DNA of 64,000 nt, taken from the NCBI GenBank assembly GCA_964618765.1, contig CAZUDZ010000002.1, forward strand, positions 66,129 to 130,128, in the 5' to 3' direction. This document shows positions 58,619-64,000 of the stretch, in pieces (the first letter of the stretch is position 1; the number at the start of each line of letters is the position of its first letter). The position numbers and the translations under genes are program-made. This stretch comes from an uncultured Candidatus Saccharibacteria bacterium. GTDB lineage: Bacteria; Patescibacteriota; Dojkabacteria; SC72. The notes beneath the pieces are model-generated. The model had not been told where the DNA came from. It ran no database searches and was given only the letters and a program-made list of their open reading frames with translations.

Positions 58619-58787
58619 GTGGGGCAGCTAAACTTATAATATTGAAATCCTTATTTTCATTCAGTAAAGTTTAGTTTAATGCTGCACGACTGTCAACTGT
58701 ATAAAGGTGAGTTGAGGTCTGTTTCTGATTTAAATAGGGAGTAAGATTCTGTCAGATATAAAAATCTTTTAGAAAATGACTTGATAT

Positions 58788-59729
58788 CTACAAGAATGGG
58801 CATATCAAAGTTAATCCTAAATTAGGATCAATTCGTCCACTCTTTATTTGAAAATCAAGATTAGAAAGCTTTGAATAAAGGAGTTTAATCCGATCAGTTG
58901 AGTATTTAGAGGATGCTCTCATAAGGGAGGGGGTTGTAAATGGAGGTATTTTTAAAGATGATGATATTCTTCTGTAATCTAGACCTTTTTCTGATAAGTG
59001 TTTTGTTAAATACATTAAGCGAAGGTTTCGAGCAAGCATACTGAGGATATAGTTGGGATCAGTATTCTGAAAAGAGAGCTTCTCTAATATTGATATACTC
59101 TTTTCTTTGTCTTGTTGGTTTATAGCATCTGTGAGATCCCAAATTTCCCTCTCTAATGTGTTTGTAATGAGAGCTTGGACATCCTCTTTGCTTATAATTT
59201 TGTTCAAATTATTTAATTTAAATTTCTCTATCTCATTGCTACATCTTTCGGGGTCATAGTTTGTTCTTTCAGCTAATTCTTTTACAACAGATGGTTCTAT
59301 TTTCAATTGGTGGCTTTCTAGCCTGTCTCTTAACCATGTTAGGAAGGTTCTTTTGTTTAGTTCAGCGATTTCTTCTACAGAGTTGTTTTTTTTAAAAAAT
59401 TTGTAGTACTTTGTATTAGACCTGATTTTTTGATCTTCCCAAAGAATTATGTGATCATCTCCTCTCTTCTGTCCTAAAATTTGCAGTATATTTTCTATTA
59501 GTATATCCTTGCTTTTGTTTCTATAGGTGCGTTTAAGAAGAAGAATTCTTTTAGATGAGAATAGGGAATTAGAAGTTAGAAGGTCTATTATATTATGATC
59601 TTGGACGGAACTAGCTTCAACAATATTTAGAGTTATTGAGGGTTCCTTTTCTTTTATCTCCTCTATATGGGCGTGTACTGCCTCCAATGAGAGGAAAGAA
59701 GAGCTCCCATGGTATAGGGTATATTTCAC
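58788..59729 (-). CDS. holA: DNA polymerase III delta subunit (HolA)-like, GTG start
   Basis: Size (313 aa), helical composition and position at the end of the alaS-ruvX-mltG-lcp operon; weak N-terminal similarity to the delta subunit; not motif-proven. Confidence 0.4.
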   Translation of the reverse strand: MKYTLYHGSSSFLSLEAVHAHIEEIKEKEPSITLNIVEASSVQDHNIIDLLTSNSLFSSKRILLLKRTYRNKSKDILIENILQILGQKRGDDHIILWEDQKIRSNTKYYKFFKKNNSVEEIAELNKRTFLTWLRDRLESHQLKIEPSVVKELAERTNYDPERCSNEIEKFKLNNLNKIISKEDVQALITNTLEREIWDLTDAINQQDKEKSISILEKLSFQNTDPNYILSMLARNLRLMYLTKHLSEKGLDYRRISSSLKIPPFTTPSLMRASSKYSTDRIKLLYSKLSNLDFQIKSGRIDPNLGLTLICPFL

Positions 59730-59733
59730 TTTA

Positions 59734-61188
59734 TTAATTCTCCTTTATTCCAAGATTACTTCCTAACAAGATTGTAACATCTTCTCCGTTAAGGTTGGTA
59801 GTAATATATTCTGGTTTGTCCTTTTGTTCACTTTCTAGAAACTTAGAAAATCTTTCAATACTGTACTGGTTCTCTTTCTCTTTGTTGGAATATATGACCA
59901 CTTCTTGTTTGTCAGAGTGAAGTGTTCCTCCAAATAGGATATTTAAATAGGGGAACTCTTCCTGTAGGATGGTTGTAGTTTTTCTAGCTTTCTGATTCCC
60001 AGCTCCAGTATCATATACCATTATGGTTGGGTCTTCACTGTATATTTCTGGAGCATTTAGGACTGTAGAAATATAGTTTTGAATATCCTTGTATGCTCCT
60101 AATCCTAATTTAGGCCCGATGGCATAGGCACCACTTTCTAACACTTTTTTCTCAACCAGAGAGTAGTTCCCAACAGAAGGGTCTAAAACAAAAGAGTATG
60201 TTTTTCCTCCCTTCTCTTCATATGTTTTAGCAAGTTCTAATGCAGCCTCTACATCCTTGATTGTAAACTCAGATATCTGTACATTACCAGCGATAGAAGA
60301 AAATATCCCAATTAATTTCTTAGGATTTGTTAAGGACTCACTTGAGAGTAATTTGTCTTTGAGAGCTTGTATTACCTTCTGTTGTCTTTTAGCTCTGGCA
60401 AAGTCAGATCCCTCACTATTTTGCATAGAGTGTCTGGATCTAGAAAATATTAATGCCTTTTCTCCATCCATACTTTGGGGTCCAGCTTGAAAAGACACTG
60501 TTTGGTAATCCTTTCCTAATGGGTATCTGTAATCTGTAAAGCTATTTTCTACATTAATATCAAGACCACCAACTGCATCTATGATCTCTGTAAATGCTTT
60601 GAAATCAACTACTGCATAGTACTGTATTTCTTGACCACTTAATCTTTCTACTGTTTTTCTCAACTCTTCTATTCCAGAGTTCTTCTTTTTTTGCTCTGCA
60701 TTGCTATATATGCTGTTTATTCTGACATACCAATTTAAATCCTCTTCGATTTCAACATGGAAATCTCTAGGGACAGAGATGAGAGATATGTTGTCAGTTT
60801 TGTAGTTGTATGAAGCCATTATTATGGTGTCTGTGTTTAGTAATCCTCCGTTTTCTCTGGTATCTAATCCCACCAGCAGAACGTTAGTGAAATTACCAGA
60901 GGAATCCTTCTTAAGCTCTTGTTCTTCTCTTAAAATTAATGAGCCCGGACCAAATCTAAATCCGAAGTCATGGGAGAAAATATATCCTTTGTAAATGAGA
61001 AAACCCATTCCTAAAACAAGGAGTAGAACAGTGAAAACTATTATCATTATTTTCTTCTTTTTTCTTTTCTTCTTCTCTTCTGGAGTTGCAAAGGAGTTCC
61101 TTTTTTCTCTTGAGGAGATTTTCTTGGACTTTACGGGGACAAATTTTTGGTCCAGCTTACTATCTTTTAAGTCAATGTCTATGGTCAT
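59734..61188 (-). CDS. LytR-CpsA-Psr (LCP) family cell-envelope phosphotransferase
   Basis: N-terminal TM; LCP core NVLLVGLDTRENGG...NTDTIIMASYN...SVPRDFHVEIEE; 484 aa. Confidence 0.75.
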   Translation of the reverse strand: MTIDIDLKDSKLDQKFVPVKSKKISSREKRNSFATPEEKKKRKKKKIMIIVFTVLLLVLGMGFLIYKGYIFSHDFGFRFGPGSLILREEQELKKDSSGNFTNVLLVGLDTRENGGLLNTDTIIMASYNYKTDNISLISVPRDFHVEIEEDLNWYVRINSIYSNAEQKKKNSGIEELRKTVERLSGQEIQYYAVVDFKAFTEIIDAVGGLDINVENSFTDYRYPLGKDYQTVSFQAGPQSMDGEKALIFSRSRHSMQNSEGSDFARAKRQQKVIQALKDKLLSSESLTNPKKLIGIFSSIAGNVQISEFTIKDVEAALELAKTYEEKGGKTYSFVLDPSVGNYSLVEKKVLESGAYAIGPKLGLGAYKDIQNYISTVLNAPEIYSEDPTIMVYDTGAGNQKARKTTTILQEEFPYLNILFGGTLHSDKQEVVIYSNKEKENQYSIERFSKFLESEQKDKPEYITTNLNGEDVTILLGSNLGIKEN

Positions 61189-61204
61189 TGTGGTAGCGTG
61201 TTAG

Positions 61205-62230
61205 CTATCTTAAGTATTTATTTACATTCTGGTTATGCTCTTCAAGGGTAGCTGCATAATGGGCTTGTTTATCATCATCGTGAATGTAATAGTAATACTT
61301 TGTTTCTTCTGGATCCCATACAGCCTTTATTGATTGAAGTCCGGGATTACATATTGGGGTAGGAGGAAGGCCTATCTTTTTATATGTATTGTAAGGGTTT
61401 TCTTCTGCCTTATCTGCCTGTGTAATTACATGTTTCCAATCCTTGACTGGGTAGAGTAGTGTGGCATCTGTTTGTAAGAGCCATCCTTCCTCAAATCTTT
61501 TAATTATTATTCCTGCAATTATTGGCCTGTCATTACCATTGTATCCCTCTCTCTCCACTATGCTAGCAAATATTATGTCTTGATAGGTATACTCTTTTCC
61601 TACCTTATTTATAAAATTGTTAACAAGATTTAGAATCACCTGCTCAGTTGTAATCTCCCTTGGGAATGAGTATTTATCTGGGAAAAGAAATCCTTCAAGG
61701 TTATCTACTTCTACTGTTAGCCCTAATGAGGATATGAACTCTTTGTCATTGGAGAGTTTTAAGAAGTTGTCTTTGGAGAAATTAGAATTCCCATCCTTGT
61801 TTAATTCTTCGGATATGATATCTGCTATCTCGTCTTTTCTAAGTCCTTCGGGAATAGTTACCCAGATTTCCTGAGCCTTTCCAAGCTGTAATGAGTCGAT
61901 CAATTCAACAATAGTTAAGTTTTTGGGTATTTCATATACTCCTGCCTGCAACTTATGACCTAAGTCATTTATTTTTAGGTAGAATTTTGTGTAATACATG
62001 TTCTTTCTTGAGGCTAAGAGATCTTGATCTGTAAGTGATTGTAATATTTGATTAACACTTTCTCCCTCGGATATCTCGAAAAGAACTTTTTCGTCATTAT
62101 TACTATTAGAGAAATTAATAGCTCTGTTGTAATCAATTATAACTACTACTATACCAATTAGTACTAACAGTAGTAGAAAGAGAACTGTCTTCTTTACAGA
62201 TCCGTTGTTATTCTTACTCTTCATTTTCAT
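61205..62230 (-). CDS. mltG: Endolytic murein transglycosylase MltG (YceG family)
   Basis: N-terminal TM, then YceG-like domain with C-terminal GLPPTPICNPGLQSIKAV; conserved position after ruvX; 341 aa. Confidence 0.65.
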   Translation of the reverse strand: MKMKSKNNNGSVKKTVLFLLLLVLIGIVVVIIDYNRAINFSNSNNDEKVLFEISEGESVNQILQSLTDQDLLASRKNMYYTKFYLKINDLGHKLQAGVYEIPKNLTIVELIDSLQLGKAQEIWVTIPEGLRKDEIADIISEELNKDGNSNFSKDNFLKLSNDKEFISSLGLTVEVDNLEGFLFPDKYSFPREITTEQVILNLVNNFINKVGKEYTYQDIIFASIVEREGYNGNDRPIIAGIIIKRFEEGWLLQTDATLLYPVKDWKHVITQADKAEENPYNTYKKIGLPPTPICNPGLQSIKAVWDPEETKYYYYIHDDDKQAHYAATLEEHNQNVNKYLR

Positions 62231-62660
62231 CTTGATTTTGTTTTTTAGAATTTAAAAATTCCTGTAGGAATACAGTAGCAGCTATCTTGTCTATTTTACC
62301 TTTAGATCGCTTACTGTTTTGTCCCAAAGATGTTAGCATATTTTGAGCATTGGTTGTAGAGAAACTTTCATCGTAGGTGATAATTGGTGTATCAGTAGTT
62401 TTTTTTAATAATGAAATGAATTTGTTAACCTTCTCTTCTGTTTTTTCCTGCTTTGGAGTAAATATTTGCGGTTTCCCTACTAGAATTGTTCGAACTTTGT
62501 ACTCTCCAATTATTTTAGAGATCTCCTCTAAGAGGGTGTGAATATCTCTATTCTTTGTAATTGAGAGAACTTCTAAAGGAGAAGCAACTATTCCTTTAGA
62601 ATCAGAGATTGCTAGTCCTAAATGTTTCTCTCCATAATCTATTGCTAATATTGGGTACAT
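62214..62660 (-). CDS. ruvX: Putative pre-16S rRNA nuclease / Holliday junction resolvase-like YqgF (RuvX)
   Basis: MYPILAIDYGEKHLGLAISD N-terminus (RNase H-like YqgF signature); 148 aa. Confidence 0.85.
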   Translation of the reverse strand: MYPILAIDYGEKHLGLAISDSKGIVASPLEVLSITKNRDIHTLLEEISKIIGEYKVRTILVGKPQIFTPKQEKTEEKVNKFISLLKKTTDTPIITYDESFSTTNAQNMLTSLGQNSKRSKGKIDKIAATVFLQEFLNSKKQNQDENEE

Positions 62661-62671
62661 GATTGTTACTG

Positions 62672-64000
62672 TTAATCTAATACGGCCTTTATCCTTTTTA
62701 TTCCTGCTCCTACGTTCTCTTGTTTTACAATTTTTAATTTTGTTAATTCCTTAGTGTTTTGTACGTGAGGGCCATTACATATCTCTACGGAGAAGGGATT
62801 ATCTTTTGGACCAATGTAGTACAGCTTGACTATGTCCCCGTATTTTTCTACAAAGGATGCAGTAGAAGAATACTTATCTATGATTTTAAGAGCCTCCTCT
62901 TTAGACTTGTCCTCATGTGATATTTCTAGACCTTTATCGATTACATCATTGACAATATCTTCTACTTGTCTAATTTGCTCTGGTGTTAGTTTAGATTTGT
63001 TTGGATAGTCCAACCTTAATCTTTCTGAAGTAATATTACTACCCATTTGATATACATGTTCTCCAAGTACCTTGCGTAGTGCAACAAGTAGTAGGTGTGT
63101 AGCGGTATGATATTTGATTGATATCTCTGAAGTGTCTGCTAGTCCTCCCTTGAACAGTCCTTTAGATGCACCTCTGGATTTCTCTTGATGTTTTTGTTGT
63201 GCTTTAAAAAAGCTTTCCCTATCTTGAAGTGTAATGTTTTTTTCTTGCAAAATCTCCTCTGTTACTTCGAGGGGTAATCCGTATGTTTCGTAAAGCTTGA
63301 ATGCCATATCTCCGTCTACCAAACTTTCGCTAGTCAGTAACCGTTCTAGTTCTTTAAGGCCATTTTCTAAGGTCTTACTAAATTTTATTTCTTCTTTTTC
63401 TATGATTTTCAAGATCTCATTTTTCTTCTTTTCTAAATCAGGATATATTTCAGAGAACTGTTCTATTGCAACTTTTGCCACCTCTTTTGTAAAGAGGTTC
63501 TCTATGCCCAGTTTCCTTCCATGTCTTACTGCCCTTCTAATTAATCTTCTAAGGACATATCCTTGCTGATTGCTTCCTGGTAGCACTCCATCCATAATGA
63601 TCCAAGTAGCAGCCTTTATATGATCTACTATGATTCTTTCCGATTTAACATTACTGACTTTTCCTAGCTCTTGGACTTTTTGTAGTATTGGTTTGTAAAT
63701 ATCTATCTCGTATATACTATCTACTCTTTGTATAAGGGCAGCTATCCTTTCTAGTCCTCCTCCAAAATCTACATTATGTCTGCCAAGTGGAGTAAAAGAG
63801 TTTCCTTTCTTGAAATACTCCATGAAGACATTGTTGCCGATTTCTACATATTTGCCACAATTACAATTAATGTTGCAATCACTACAACATTCCTCTTTAC
63901 CTGTATCGTAGAAAATTTCAGAATCTGGACCACACGGTCCACCTGACTCTAGTCCCCACCAATTTTCTTTCTTTCCATACTTTTGGATTCTTTCTTTTGC
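62672..64000 (-). CDS. alaS: Alanine--tRNA ligase, 5'-truncated by window edge (C-terminal portion including the editing domain present)
   Basis: The frame stays open to nt 64000, encoding W...GPCGPDSEIFYD (class II AlaRS catalytic motif); downstream HTATHLL editing-domain zinc motif; the listed ORF start at 63823 is internal. Confidence 0.85.
   Translation of the reverse strand, partial: AKERIQKYGKKENWWGLESGGPCGPDSEIFYDTGKEECCSDCNINCNCGKYVEIGNNVFMEYFKKGNSFTPLGRHNVDFGGGLERIAALIQRVDSIYEIDIYKPILQKVQELGKVSNVKSERIIVDHIKAATWIIMDGVLPGSNQQGYVLRRLIRRAVRHGRKLGIENLFTKEVAKVAIEQFSEIYPDLEKKKNEILKIIEKEEIKFSKTLENGLKELERLLTSESLVDGDMAFKLYETYGLPLEVTEEILQEKNITLQDRESFFKAQQKHQEKSRGASKGLFKGGLADTSEISIKYHTATHLLLVALRKVLGEHVYQMGSNITSERLRLDYPNKSKLTPEQIRQVEDIVNDVIDKGLEISHEDKSKEEALKIIDKYSSTASFVEKYGDIVKLYYIGPKDNPFSVEICNGPHVQNTKELTKLKIVKQENVGAGIKRIKAVLD

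Overview
Low-GC bacterial chromosomal segment, densely coding on both strands, with many 1-30 nt start/stop overlaps (TAATG-type coupling at lepA-recF and at the 212-aa gene/VirB4-like gene). TAA/TAG and TGA are all used as stops (folD ends in TGA), so this is the standard bacterial code, not a TGA-recoded lineage. The short housekeeping operons, many small membrane/surface proteins, PilN/PilO-like and ComF genes, a VirB4-like ATPase and a short HrcA suggest a reduced-genome monoderm bacterium, possibly Patescibacteria/CPR-like; this is inference only. Core content: partial PilN-like/PilO-like; rpoD; a minus-strand operon ftsK-rodZ-like-dnaG-MTase(Trm112 fusion)-rsmA-x-WecA/MraY-like; rpoB-rpoC-rpsL-rpsG with no fusA/tuf; hrcA-grpE-dnaK (no dnaJ) behind a sigma70-like promoter plus a divergent CIRCE-like operator; groES-groEL behind a second CIRCE-like operator; murJ; comF; a folD-glyA-tandem-thyX-like-dcd thymidylate/folate module; lepA-recF; rpsT; and alaS(partial)-ruvX-mltG-lcp-holA. 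Items worth a second look: a Lon-like AAA+ module lacking both the N-terminal domain and the protease domain, convergent on a PrgI/VirB3-like-212aa-VirB4-like (T4SS-like) operon; a 998-aa protein with a degenerate epimerase-like N-domain, one TM and a large exodomain, coupled to a PEGA-domain protein; an XRE-HTH/S24 LexA-like repressor with a palindromic candidate operator next to a SprT-like metalloprotease; a stand-alone Pol-beta nucleotidyltransferase; and a cluster of adhesin-like surface proteins (He_PIG-like, FN3-like, DUF11-like). No rRNA, tRNA, CRISPR array, transposase, integrase or reverse transcriptase was recognised.
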